A stretch of DNA of 64,000 bases from the human T2T-CHM13v2.0 reference genome, Homo sapiens. Positions 1-12,685 of the stretch are shown here, piece by piece. Under the pieces are notes generated by a model, which was not told the DNA's origin, searched no databases, and worked only from the letters and a program-made list of their open reading frames with translations. A program made the position numbers and the translations under genes. Within the stretch, counting starts at the first letter, position 1. Every line of letters starts with the position of its first letter. The stretch lies in assembly GCF_009914755.1 (NCBI RefSeq), contig NC_060931.1; one strand, written 5' to 3'.

Positions 1-3000
1 GTGTCAGAGCCACGGGAGCTTGGCCGTGTGGGCGCGGTGAGCACACAGGGGTCTGCCCAGCATCCGTAGTGCGTGGCATGAACGCGGCAAGATACACACT
101 ACTCAACACACTGGGCCAGCATTTTCTCCCCAGCAAGCACTATCAAGGCTGTTGTTGGTGACAGGCCCTCGATGTCCAAGTTCCCTGGGGCAGGTGACGG
201 AAGTGAAGGAACAGGGCCGTCCCTCCCAGCCCCTGCCCACATACTGCTGCCCACACACTGCCTCCATGGCAGGTTCATGCCGCCAAGGAGCAGGCTCGGC
301 TCACAGTCTTCCTTCCGGATGAGGGGCTACCACCAGCTAAGCACATCCCTCCAAAAGCCACGTCATATCTCACAGGCATTTCACAGGTGACGTGAGGCAC
401 GCGCAGACACGTCCCTAGCATTCCACAGCCGTCTGGGTCACAGCCTGCTCTCAGAGGAGAAGCCACCCCGCGATTGTGCCTCCCGTCTCTCTCCTTGACC
501 TGCAGTGCAGACCTGGAGCTGAGACGTCCTCCATCAAGGCCAAAAGCTCCACACGCCCAGCTGCCTGGGCTCGCCCCAGCCTCCAGCCCCACGTGACGGT
601 CTGCCTCCCAGACCCCTGCGCGGACAAGCAGGAGCGGCTGGGCTCGAGCTCCAGGGCTTCAGGGTGACTGCTGCCCGGTGCTCTTGGTGAAGCCGTGTTT
701 CCACAAAGCAAGAAGGTTCAGGCCAGGCAGCCTGGACTCCTGCTGTGTTTCATCTACTGTGACATTTCTCCTGTCCCAGTGCCCTCCTCTCCCTCTCCAT
801 TATCCCCCCAAAACAAGTGACCAAAGGAGTGCCCCGCCCCTGGTTCACAGACATGAGAAGCTCCCAGGCCATGGCTCTCCGCAGCGCCTTCCCTATCGCA
901 TCTCCATCACCCACCCTTTCTGACAGTGGCCCACATGGTTTAGGACGGGGTGAGAGTCCTCCATCTCCCACCCAGATGCGATGAGCAGGAGCTGTCGTGG
1001 GGCGCACACTCTCTGTAGCTGGCCAAAGCTGGACGACGCCACAAGAGCAGCTCTTTACATCCTCCTGGCCCTGTGCAAGTTGACCCCAGGCAGCTCTCAG
1101 GTCCCGACTGTGGGGACAGCACGTGCCCGAGCTCTGACCCACATGCAGACATCAGAGGCCTCCAAGCCCTTGACTTAGTGGCAGGTGGGCTACAGCTGCA
1201 GGACAGAGGGCTGGAGCTCTGGAGGGTAACCTGTGCTGAGTGACAATGCACCCCGAAACCCAGAGTGCTCCTGAGGAGGGAGAGCCTGCCAGTCCAGCAG
1301 GGGACCCCTCAGCACAGTCCTGGCTGCACCCATACAGCTCACACAGATGGCAGCCACACACGTCCCATGACAACTGTTCCAGACCCCTAGGCTCTTTCCT
1401 GCTGGCTCCTCGCTGGGGTCCAGGACTCTGATCTGGGATCTCCCCTCCTTCCAAGCATCCAACCAGGAGCTCCTTATTCCCTGAAAGCCGCCCTCAGCAT
1501 CCTCCTCACTCCACCTCCTCCCAGGATGCGCCCAAGGCATCCCTAGCAATGCCCCAGGTGGAGGAGCCCCAGTTCATGCTCTCCATCCTCAGATCAGGCC
1601 CTCCAGCTCTCCCTGGGGACCAGGTGGCACCTGCCTTTTCACTCCTCCAAATGAAGTGGAGCCTCCTGCAGTCCCATGCCCCACACTGGGTCTATGGTAA
1701 GGCCACCTCCCCCTCTCTTGGCCCTCTCCACCTGCTGGCTTTGCCCAGCACAGTCTCCCTTCCCCAGTTGCCTGTCCTTCAGGACCATTCCTTACAGACT
1801 GGCTGCGGCGTGTGCTTACCCCAACAGCCCCGCCTGTATGTTACAGCAAATGGCACCTCCTAAAGTCTGACCCAGCTCAACACCCGCCACCACTTCCTCC
1901 CAGCTGATAACGAAGGCTGCGCTGCAGCAGCCTCTGCCTCCACAGCCAGCACCACCTTCTGAGAAAGCCTAGGACTGGCCGCCACACCCTGGAGAGCCTG
2001 GGGGCGCAGCCTTGGGGTCACCACCCTGCAATCTGCACGGCTTCCAGAGCCTGGCACAGGGAGGAGGCACTCGCAGTGCAGGAACCAAGCGGAAGCCCCA
2101 CACCCAGGGCGCTGCCTTCTGCCAGACTCCCCGTGCCCCCACGGGTCTGACTCTTGCCCACCCCACCCAGAGGCTTCCTCAGAGCCAGGAACTGTGTCTT
2201 CTGTTGCTCTGTTTCCCCAACAACACAAAACCAAGGCGTTTCAGAAACATAATAATTATCTGAGAGTATCACTTCGAGAGAGACTTGTAAACAAGAGTAT
2301 ATGCCAAGAAAGACAGGGGGTGCGGGACAGGAGGCGGGAGGCAGCCTGCGAGCCCCCATGGGAGGAACTCGGGGGACAGCAGGGCCTCAGGAGCTGCTTC
2401 CGTTTCCAAGGCTGCAGGCAGGGATCAGAAAAGGATCCCAACAGGCTGGTGTGGCCTCCAGGGCGGGGCGAGGAAGGTCTTCACCCCTGCACCTGCTCTA
2501 GGGCAGGCGCAGACCTGACGTGGGGAGGCCCAGCAAGGAAGACAGGCGGCTGCCATCACAGCACAGGTGGACTCGAGGGAGATGGGCCCAAGTGGAGTCG
2601 CACGGTGACGGCAGGGCTCCTGCAGAGGCACACCAGCCCCAGCCGCAAGGACACTCCCGGCGCAGGCTCCCAGGGCAGGCGCCCCGCCACAGCATTCACC
2701 AGGACGAGCTGGACCAGGTGGCTCTGGGGCCCTTCCCGCCTGAGGCCTCACGATCTGAGTCTCCACTCACTGGTGAGCCCCATTTCCATGTGAGGTGTAG
2801 GCGCTGGGTGCTGCCAAGAGGACAAGCCCAGATGCGGCTCCTCCGCCTCTCCCAACCTCTGCTCAGCGTCAGAGCGAGGCTCTGCACCAGGCCCCCAGCA
2901 CCTGCCAGGCACCGTGGGGACAGGCAGGGATGAGGGAGGCTGCGGATACGCCACACACACTCGGTCCAGCTGGAGCCTCCCGGGCAGTGGCAGGCACGAC

Positions 3001-3053
3001 CTCACAGCCCCCACGGGAGGGTCGTTAACGGAGTCCCGGTGGCCAGAGGTGTA

Positions 3054-3126
3054 CCACCAGGCAGGTGCTCACTGACACTGTCCCCATGGGTCAGGCTTCA
3101 TTAGAAACCACAGACCTCAGAATAAC
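3054..3126 (+). repeat. Dispersed duplication, copy 1 (pairs with 8364-8440)
   Basis: CCAGGCAGGTGCTCACTGACACTGTCCCCATGGGTC[A/G]GGCTTCATTAGAAACCACAGACCTCAGAAT occurs twice, offset 5310 bp. Confidence 0.95.
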
Positions 3127-3911
3127 AGGCCTCTGGGCTCCTGGGAGGGAGTGGGGCAGGACTATGCTGCAGATCACGGCATCCTGGAAATGTTGCCAGC
3201 AGGAGGCCGCTTGGGCCCAGAGCCAAGGTGGCCAAACTCAGCCTCCAGCACTAGAGCCTGGGGGCCAGGAGTCCTCGAGGGTTGGGTGGGGAGGGAAAGG
3301 TCACACCTTTCTACGAGCCTGATGATGTCCCACCTCCCTCGCAGGCCTGTGAGGTCTGTCTCACTGTCCCTCCAGACGGTGAGGTGTGTCTGCCTCGCTC
3401 TCCACCCTCTCCAGCACCGGGCAGGGGCTGGCACAGCAGGAACACAGACCCGTGCAGCAGCCAGATGTGGGGACACGTGGACACCTGAGGGACCGGCAAA
3501 GGCGCACAGAAGGGCTAGAGAGCCAAGACGCACCAAGACACTGGGGAAAAGACCCTGGGTGTTAAAAGTAGCTTCTGGGGTGGGGAGGGGGAGACTGGAG
3601 GGACAGAGGAACTCTTGGGAAAAGGCCTTGAGTTTTAAAAGTGTCTTCCTGGCTTGTCTGGAGGGACAAGCAGAACTGCCACTGTCTCATGTCATCCACA
3701 GAAAAGCCATCACCAAGAGAGGTCGGAGCAGTGGCCACCCCGCATGTGGCCAGAGGGCTGGGACAGAGGAAACCCGCGGAGGCTGGAGAAATGCTCAGAC
3801 TGCCCGCGTCAGACCTGTCCACCTCGTGTGCCTTGCCTAATCTCATACCTCAAAGTGTCTTAAAATATTATCTAGCACCTTGATAACTGTTACTTAAAAC
3901 AGCCAATCACT

Positions 3912-4178
3912 GGCTGGGTGCAGTGGTTCACGCTTGTAATCCTAAAAGTTTAGTAGGCCGAGGCAGGCAGATCACCTGAGGTTGGGAGTTCGAGACCAGC
4001 CTAACACGGACAAACCCCGTTACTACTAAAAATACAAAATCAGCCAGGTCCCAGCTACTCGGGAGGCTGAGGCAGGGGAATCACTTGAACCCGGGAGGCG
4101 GAGGTTGCCATGAGCCAAAATCAGGCCACTTCACTCCAGCCTGGGCGACAGAGCGAGACTCTGTTTCAAAAAAAAAAA
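3912..4178 (+). mobile_element. Alu (AluS-type) with short internal deletion in right arm
   Basis: Alu dimer with poly(A). TSD AAAACAGCCAATCAC at 3896-3910 and 4175-4189, preceded by a TT/AAAA endonuclease site. Confidence 0.95.
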
Positions 4179-4588
4179 CAGCCAATCACCAGGTCCCAGA
4201 ATCACAAACCAGGGAGTTGACGCTGGCCTGCTCCAGGCAGGTGAGACTCAGGCAGGAAGGATGCAGCCTTGGTCCAAGCAGCTGGCAAGTCAGCCCCAGT
4301 GCCAGAGCCACGACTGCCACCTGTGCAGGTGCACGGGTGAAGGGTTGCTAAAGCTCACCCCCAGGCGCAGCTGGGAAGTCAAGGCGCAGGATCTGTCCAG
4401 AGCTGCACATGTGCAGGCCATGGCGTCAGTGTGGGTGGTGACGGCCGCCGTCCACCCAGCGCCCCTCCCAGGTGAGCTTCCCCGTCACCGTCTGCCCATC
4501 CTGCCCTGGTAGAGAAGTGTATTATCAAGGCGACCGGTACCTCACCTGCCTCCCTTCTGCTGAGTCTGGCTTAAAAAGCAGCAGGGGA

Positions 4589-4889
4589 GCCGGGCGCAGT
4601 GGCTCACACCTGTAATCCCAGCACTTTGGGAGGCCAAGGCAGGTGGATCACGAGGTCAGGAGATTGAGACCATCCTGGCTAATGTGGTGAAACCCCATCT
4701 CTACTAAAAATACAACAAATTAGCCAGGCGTGGTGGTGGGCGCCTGTAGTCTCAGCTACTCGGGAGGCTGAGAGGCAGGAGAATGGCATGAACCCGGAAA
4801 GCGGAGCTTGCAGTGAGCCGAGATCGGGCCACTGCTCTCCAGCCTGGGCGACAGAGCGAGACTCCATCTCAAAAAAAAAAAAAAAAAAA
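4589..4889 (+). mobile_element. AluY-type
   Basis: Full dimer with AluY-like GATCACGAGGTCAGGAGAT and GAATGGC...GAGCTTGCAG; poly(A). TSD AAAAAGCAGCAGGGGAG at 4573-4589 and 4885-4901. Confidence 0.95.
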
Positions 4890-7800
4890 GCAGCAGGGGA
4901 GCTCAGCCAGCTCAGGGACTGAGATGAAACTGCACGCTACAGCTTGGAGACATTGCGGGAGGGCTCCCAGCAAGCGAAACTGGGCTGGGGTGCAGGACGG
5001 AGAGAGGGCGCTGGTGAGGCCCTGGTCCTGTGTGTGAGGGCGGCTGACACCCGGTGGGCTCTGTTTGCGCTTGAGCTGGTGACGGTAGGGTTTCCTTCCC
5101 TGTCAAGCAGGAGAGCACCCCAGTCCACCCAGGGAGCACCCAGGAGGAGCCAGCCCCGCCAAGGGCACGCGTGGGAGGCGTCAATCCCCTGGAGGGCAGC
5201 AGCCCTCAAGCGAGGACTCACGGGGACATGCGATACCAGGAAGCGAGTCGGAGGCAATTAAGCCTGTTTCAGAGTGCACTTCGCAGGCGGCGCTGAATCG
5301 ATAGATCCTCCGGCGGCGTGGTGCTGCAGGTGAGGAATCAGTCAGGTAAATGCCTCCCAATCTGTTCCTGCTGTGCAAAGAATCAGCGCTGTTTACCACT
5401 CAAGCCAGAAATAAATAAATAAAGCTGCCAATTAGCCAGCGCCCTTTTCCGCTCTGGCAAGGGCTTTTTAGCTTCTCCAAATACACCAGAGTCCTGCAAG
5501 GCTGCACACAAGCAAAGGCAGCCCAGGCAGCAAGGGGCGGGGGCTTAGGCCCCGGGGGCAAGAACTCTGCTTCCTGGGAAGCCCCCTGTAGCCAGGTCAG
5601 GCTCCTCCTCTAGACGGGGAAGCCGGGCAAACACCTCCAGGAGCAAGGCGAAGGCTCTCAGTACCCCCAGTACAGATGCAGCCGGGAGCCCCCAGCTCTC
5701 CACAGGTCAGAGGCCACGCCACGCCCCTGCTCACCTCGCAGAGCAGCAAGGCAGGAGGGGCAGGCCATCGGGCAGCGGTGCAGGACCCACAAGGGTCGAG
5801 ACATGGAGAGGAGGCAAGCCCACCCAGACAGGCCTCTTCCAAGACTCCAGGGGCACGAGGGCTCCAAAGACCCTCGCCCAGGAGCAAAACGCACAGACAC
5901 GGGGGTGTGGAACTACCACGGGGCGTGGAACTGATTTGGGAAGAGCCCAACGTGCCGAAAGGAAGAGCAGGCTCCCCCAGGACAGAGAGTAAGAAGACCT
6001 GGGAGATGAGTGGGCAGAAGGCCTGCCTGCTACCAGGGCTAGTGAGGAAACAGCTGCACCCACAGCCTGAGGGGACAGCCGGCCTGCATGTGGCCCACCC
6101 CAGCCAACAGAGGCAGACTGCCCAGGGGTGCAGTGAGGGCAGGATGGCTAGGAAGACTCTGGCAGAGAGGAGGTCACGAAGCCCCCGCTCTGAGCTCGGC
6201 AAGGAGCGTATGGGGCTCCACGCCTCCCCAGGGGCAGACCTGCTGGGTTCTCACACACCCCGGGAGGGCCAGGCCCACCCTGCCCCACCCTCCTCTGGGT
6301 CAGGAGACAGCCATTCCACCTGGGTGCCCGGCGCTTGTGGGAGAAACTCTGAATTCAGGAGCCTTGCTCAGTGCCAAGCACGGTGACATCACATACAACA
6401 GAGGCACCTCCGGGTGAAGGAGGACGCAGGGGCTCGGCCAGTGATGCCAGCGGGCCTCCCTGGAGCTTGAGAAGGGTGCAGGAGCTGCAGGCGGCCTTCC
6501 AGCCCCAGGGCAGGAGACACCAGTGAGCACGGAGGACACACATGGGCATGGCTGAGGGCACAGGGATGCAGGTGGTTCCTGCTCTGCATCCCGGGCCCCT
6601 TCCCTGCTGGGCTCCCGGCCCACACTAAGGATCCGGTCCTCACAGCGACCCCAGGAAGTCCCTGCTGTCAGGGCTGCACTTTACAGACACAGGACCTGCC
6701 ACAGAAAGGTTGCGTCAGACCCCGGGTCATGCAGCCCACAGTGGCACAGCAGCAGCAGGGCAAGTCACCGCCACTGTTGCCAGGTGCACTCCAGCAGGTC
6801 CTGGACCCAAGGGTGGGGGCGGCGCCACGAGGCAGGTGCTGACAAGGTGGGTGGGGGTGGTGCCCCTTCTGATGACTGGACAGATGCCCAGGTGGGGACA
6901 AAGAGGACACAAGCAGCAGCCCTGAGCCAAGCCACCCACGCATCCTTCCTCCTCATGCTGGCCCCATGTGTCCCCCGGGCGACAGCTCAAAACAATGGGT
7001 AGTGATGTCTCCGCAGCCTGGTGAGCGAGCTCCACCGTACACTCAGGATGAGACTGTAACAGGGCATCTGAGATATCCTTTGAATATTTACGAGTTCTCA
7101 TCTGCCCAGGTGAGCGAGGGCCTGCTGTGGCAAACCCAATTCTAGCTACAACCCCCACCAGGTGAGGCAGCACCTCACCGGCAGGAGGCTGGCTCGAGGT
7201 TTCTGACGACTCCAAACAGGGCAGTGAGCCACTGGCCCTCTCACCCAGAGGCAGGCGCCCAGACACCAAGCAGCACGAGTGCTCCAGAAACTGCAGCTCA
7301 GACTGAGCTCCCACCTCCAGCTAAGGGCTTCCTGGGGTCATTTACCACAGCTCTGAAAAATAAACTGAGGAGACAATATCAAGAGAGACTCCTGACATTT
7401 GTCCCGCTTTAAAATCAGGAGAACGGACTACCTGAAAGTCAGCTTACGCGTCTGTTTAAGCGTTGAGCCAGCACTGGCATCTGAGGAAGCAGCCAGTTGG
7501 CCCCTGGGCCTCCTCACGTTTACAGCGCCACAGGTGAGAAAGTGAGTGGGGCCAGGCGGCCTCCTGGAGAGGGGTCATCTTCCATGGGCTGCTTTCCACA
7601 GGTGGGGCTGCAGCCCGGGGCGCTGGAGCAGTGGACTCGGGGACAGACCCAGGCTTCGGTCCTCACTGCCACTTCCTGCCAGGCGGCCCTCCTGTGAAGC
7701 GAGGGATGGCACCTCTGCCATATGGCCTAGGTTCCTGCAAAGACCGGGCAGGATGAAGGAGAGCGTCTCGGGAGCCGAGAGCAGACACAGGCAAGGCTCA

Positions 7801-8363
7801 GTGCGCGGCCCATGGACGGGGGACGCCCACAGAGTGCAACCCTCGGAGGGCCCCAGGTTGAAGACTCCACCTAGAAGGGGATGGTAACAAGGGCAGCTTC
7901 GAATTCCATTTTCAATAAACACACAGGCACTCGGGCATGCACAGAAAGGGCAGAACCCCAGGGCAGCAGATGTGGACCAGACCACTGGAGGCCCCCAGCC
8001 TGGATCCCAGGAGCCTGGAGGTCCTGTGCACAGCTGCGGAGCTATCTTCCCCCCTCAGGCCTGGGGGGCAGCGGGGACACCTGACCTGACAGCCCAGGCC
8101 AGGCACAATGATTGTGCACCATATGGCCACTAAGAATCGACACAGGCCGATGCCGCCAGCCTTCCCTGGGACCAAGCACAACCCAGGCCCAGCCCAGCTC
8201 TGAAAGGCAGTGTGAGGAGGCCCAGGAGCATCTCTGGGGACCGGCCTCTTCGGTCACTCAGAGTTTTTAAACATGCAGCTTAGTAGGTTCCTTCTGCAAG
8301 GAAGCAGAGTGACCGCTGGGCAGCTTTACACCTGTCGTCAACCCTGCAGTGAGCCACGAGCCT

Positions 8364-8440
8364 CCGCCAGGCAGGTGCTCACTGACACTGTCCCCATGGG
8401 TCGGGCTTCATTAGAAACCACAGACCTCAGAATGAATAAC
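8364..8440 (+). repeat. Dispersed duplication, copy 2 (pairs with 3054-3126)
   Basis: Same sequence as copy 1, with two substitutions and a 4-bp GAAT indel. Confidence 0.95.
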
Positions 8441-9185
8441 CCCCTCCCACACTGCCAGGCAAATCAGCTGATCAGCAATGCTTCTATGTATCCAGTAGGG
8501 CATTTTAAACAACGGCAGATTACAACTGAGAACCTGGGATAAAGCCAGCGGGCCAAGTCAGGTGTGAGTTCAGTCACGAAGCACATCCGAGGCCTCGTTC
8601 CCAGGGAAGAACAGAGCAGACGCGGGTGGGATGAAGACATCTGAACGCTCTCCTGGAGGGGGCCTCTCAGTGACCCCACTTTGGGGACAGTCTTCCACAG
8701 TGCTGGCCTGACCCGCTTGTTCCAGAAGAGAGGTGCTCAGGGCTGGCATGAGCCCACGGGCCTTTGCTAGTCATGGGAGTGCCACAGAGAAGACGTCCCC
8801 GCCCTCCCCTACTTATGACAAGGGGGAGATGGACGAAAATCTGAAGTGATCAGAGGGGCACAAAGGAGCGGCAACTCACCCAGCCCCAGCAAGACACAGG
8901 AGGCTGTAGAGTGGGGCCCCTGATGGAGCACCCAAGGGGCAAGGAGAGGGCAGCAGGGACAGCCCAGCACACTTGCTCCAGAGGGGATTCTCCTGAGGGC
9001 AATGGACACACAGCCTCTTGGGAAGCTGCTTCGTGCTGTGCCACGGAGGAGCAGCTGCACACGGGGGAGCGGGCCCGACCACACCGACCGGTAGGAAAGA
9101 CCAAGGTCCAGACGTCAGGAACCTGGTGTAGGTGGGCAATGAGGGAGCAGAAACGACCTGGGGTCTAGGGTGGGGAAAAAAGGCA

Positions 9186-9280
9186 AGAGAGGAGGAGACC
9201 CACAGGAACCCACCTGCAGAGAGGAGCGGACCCACAGGAACCCACCTGCGGAGAGGAGGAACCCGCAGGAACCCACCTGC
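9186..9280. repeat. Minisatellite, ~32-bp unit x3
   Basis: Unit AGAGAGGAG(GA/CG)GACCCACAGGAACCCACCTGC. Confidence 0.9.
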
Positions 9281-12154
9281 AATTACAATCTCACGCCCAC
9301 CAAAGACCCCTGCACTCCGGGAAACGTGCAAGAGCAGCCGGCACTGTGGGCGTCAGGGGAGCAGACGCCTGCTAGGAATGAGAAAGCCTAGGGTGGAGTT
9401 GCTGGGGCCTCAGAACCCCACTACCCACGCAGGCACGCAGCTGGCAATGGCCCCAGAGCCGGTCTGAACTGACTCCGACCAGCGGCTGTGACCTCAAGCA
9501 AGAGACTTCTGCTCGCACCTGAGAGATTAAGACAGTGTCCACCTCTCGGAACTTCATGATGAGAACAAATGGATGAAAGGCCCTGACACTGAGAGACATT
9601 CGATAAATAAAACGCTTTTTAAATCACAGTCGTCGGTTACAACTCATCAACTCGGGCTCTGGTCCGGCCTCATCCCCTGTTGAGGAGCTGCTGACGCCCT
9701 CCCAGATTATTTCTAAATTAACATGGTTCTCATGAAGCCGGACAATTGTCCTGGTTTGCATACATTCTTTAGAGTTCTCTGGTCCCAGACTAATTATTCT
9801 GCATTTTCTGTCACTGAATCGCATTTGTCATCAGCAGCTCAGCCACCTCTCATCTCCCAAACAGCACTACTAAAACCTGGCAGGGCCATCCATGCCTAGA
9901 GTCCCCGAAACGCAGCCCTGGTGCCAGAAAGAGAGGGCGGAGGAGGCCAGACCACCGTGAAAGACCTAGGCAGTTCAGAGTTCATGAAACACTCGCTCAT
10001 CAGCACGGGAGTCACAAAAAGCACAGAACACGAACAGGAAGGCTGCTTCTGGAAGATGGCCGTTCAGGAGAGGCCAGGTGACCTGCCCTGCCTGAGGGAA
10101 GGCCCTGACGGGAGTCCCTACACCCAGAGGCCTCGCAAAGGGCACAGGCACGCCACCAGAGGCTGTGTAACATGGAAGGATGAGCGGCAAAGCAGAAAAC
10201 ACGATGTGTCTGCAAGAGGGCTGAAGGCTCAGCTGGGGCCTTGGCCATTGCAGGGATCCTGGCGGGGACACAGAGGGGCTGAAACCGGCTCCCTCTGCCC
10301 TTCTCACCCTGGGGACAGGACAGGTGGCTGCTGGGACCTGCCCTCAGAAGGTTCATTCGGCCACCCTCAAGCCCGTCAGGCCACACCACGCCTCCCCAGG
10401 AGCACAAGGCCCCATCTTCAGCTCACATTGCAGTCTCTCTGCTCCCACACCTTCAGGCTTCCCACGCGGCAGTCAGGCACACGGACCACAGGGAGGAGGA
10501 GAAAAGCCAGAGGGGGACACAGACCTTCCCAAGGCTTCAGGGCATCTGGACCTTGAGGAGATGGGGAGTGCTGCTGGCGCTGACCAACTGGGCAGAGTGG
10601 AGGTGGTGCACGACCCCACCACGAGGACAAAATTGGGTTTGTGGGCAGGCAGCTCTCTGATCGGAAATTCCTTCCAGTCCCAGAGCCAGCTGGAAGGGGC
10701 AGGGACCGGGCAGGCGCATTCCATGAGGGGCCCGCAGGATCCCGGGGGAGCTGGGGCCACCAGGGCTAACCCACCGCCAGGCAGCTCACATGTGCAGCAG
10801 GCCAACACCAGGCAGGCCAGGGGGCAGGGAGGGAGTGAAAGAACAAGACGCCTGGAAGAGGGAAAGCCCAGGTTTTTGCCTGTGGACATCTGAATGTGCT
10901 GTGGCAGGTATAGAAGAGTAAAAGGTCTGTCTCCGCGGGACTGTGAATGTGGACAGGCACGAGCAGGCCAAGCCACCCAGCAGGCTCACGGCGGCTCCTG
11001 TCCACACGGCTCCTGCTAGGCAGCGCCCCTCCTGCCGTGGGTCTGAATCCGTCACCTGCCAGTGACGAGGACGCGAGGAACACGCGCTTCTCAGAGTCCA
11101 GTCACACACGAGGCAGCAGGACAGGAACCCCAGGTGCCTCCCGTCATGAGGAGAGAGCACACACACGATCCCATCCCTCTGGAGGCTGCCTGTCTAACAA
11201 AGATGGTCTCCCTGACGAGAGCAAGGTGGCAAGACAGACACAGCTGGACACGCAGGCTCGAGCTTCTGCCCAGAGATCAGAAAAACAAATGCAGTTATTT
11301 TTACACGCATGTCAGAGACAGTCCAAGGAGTGCTCTCTGCACCCCAGGCTCGAGCCAACGGCCTCCCCCAGGATCCTGTCTACACACAAGGAAGGTGCAC
11401 AACACAGCCACCACCGTCGGAGGGGCACACAGGCAGGCAGCTGGGTCAGCAGGTGCAGACGGACTCATGGTTCCCATGGCACCCGCTGCCAGGAAGCTCC
11501 CAACCAGTCCAAAAAGCTGTCCTTCTGGGGCCCAGCAGAAGGGTGAAGAAAACACTACCCAACAGAGGGGCAGGGATGGGGTTAAAAGCACCTGGGCAGG
11601 CAGACAGACTCCAGCACCAAGTGGGTGCAGGAAATGCCACCTGGCTGCCCCGATGCGCCTCACTGCATCAAAAGCACCTCCACATGTCAGGAGGCAAATG
11701 CCCTCCTCTTGGATTTCCCTGCCCTGCCTTCGGCCCGCAGCAGGTGCCTGGCTGGGCGCAGCCATGGAGCTCACCTGAGAGGTCCAGGGAGCTGTGCCAG
11801 CAGCATTCAGGTGCCTCCCCGCTGAAATATTTCAGTCACCACGTCCTGGGGCTAGAGAAAAGCTAGCCTGGACACACAGCACCTCGAGGCCAAGTCCCCA
11901 AGCCCAGAGCTCTCTCCACGCCATTACAGCCCCCAACTCCCAGGAGTTCCCCAGGGGCACACCAGATGAACAGACCGAGAAATTTGGAATAAGGAAGCAA
12001 TTGAGAGGCCAGAGCTTAACTCTCTACGTCGTCTGCGGCAGGTCTGGGAAAGGAGACCAGCTTCCCACATAGTCTTGGGCCTCTCTCTCTCTCTGGGACC
12101 CCAATGATTCCAAACATAAACTCAATTCCAAAGGTGTGTCCTATCACTCCTACT

Positions 12155-12685
12155 TGTAAAAGAAAATAAAATGTCAGGACCCTCTCAGTTTATTATGCCA
12201 GGGGGAAAAAGTTAAGCCCCGGAGGCCGAAGCTGGGAGCGTGTCCGCGACTCTCTCTTCCTCTTAGCTCTTGTTCCGTAAATAACTAGGAGAGACCAAAC
12301 ACCACACCTCTCCCACTTCCAGTCACCGATCTTTGTGATGGATTCACTGCCTCTTTCACTGTCCTGCACCTACAGACCAGATGGCACAAGATGCCTGCTA
12401 CATCTTCAGTGCGAATGCCAAATCAACCTTCCCGGAAAGATAAAGGCCACCGCATCGAATCCGATCTTTCTAATGATGCATTAAGCCTCTCGCAGAAGGA
12501 TGCTGAGATCTGCTAAGCTTCCCTAAACTTGTCTACATAAATGATCCGGAACTTCCACGCTTCGGAACACTGACTTCCATTCTTTGGAATCTGTGCTTCC
12601 CTGGTGGCCGTCCTGGAAGAACCTTGCACTTGAATAAGCTCTCTTTAAACTAGATTCGGACGCTTTGGAGTATTTTGGGTTGACA
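12155..12685 (+). mobile_element. ERV1 solo LTR, MER4-group
   Basis: TG...CA termini (TGTAAAAGAAAATAAAATG...GGGTTGACA). 4-bp TSD TACT at 12151-12154 and 12686-12689, typical of ERV1. 5' end resembles MER4-family LTRs. Confidence 0.85.

Noticed and set aside
3151-11778. Long ORFs of 200-238 aa (3151-3840, 5676-6386, 9921-10556, 11062-11778) and similar ones elsewhere
   Set aside because: Pro/Gly/Arg/Ser-rich low-complexity translations with no recognisable domain, overlapping in several frames and both strands. Expected by chance in stop-poor GC-rich DNA, and many start at non-ATG codons.
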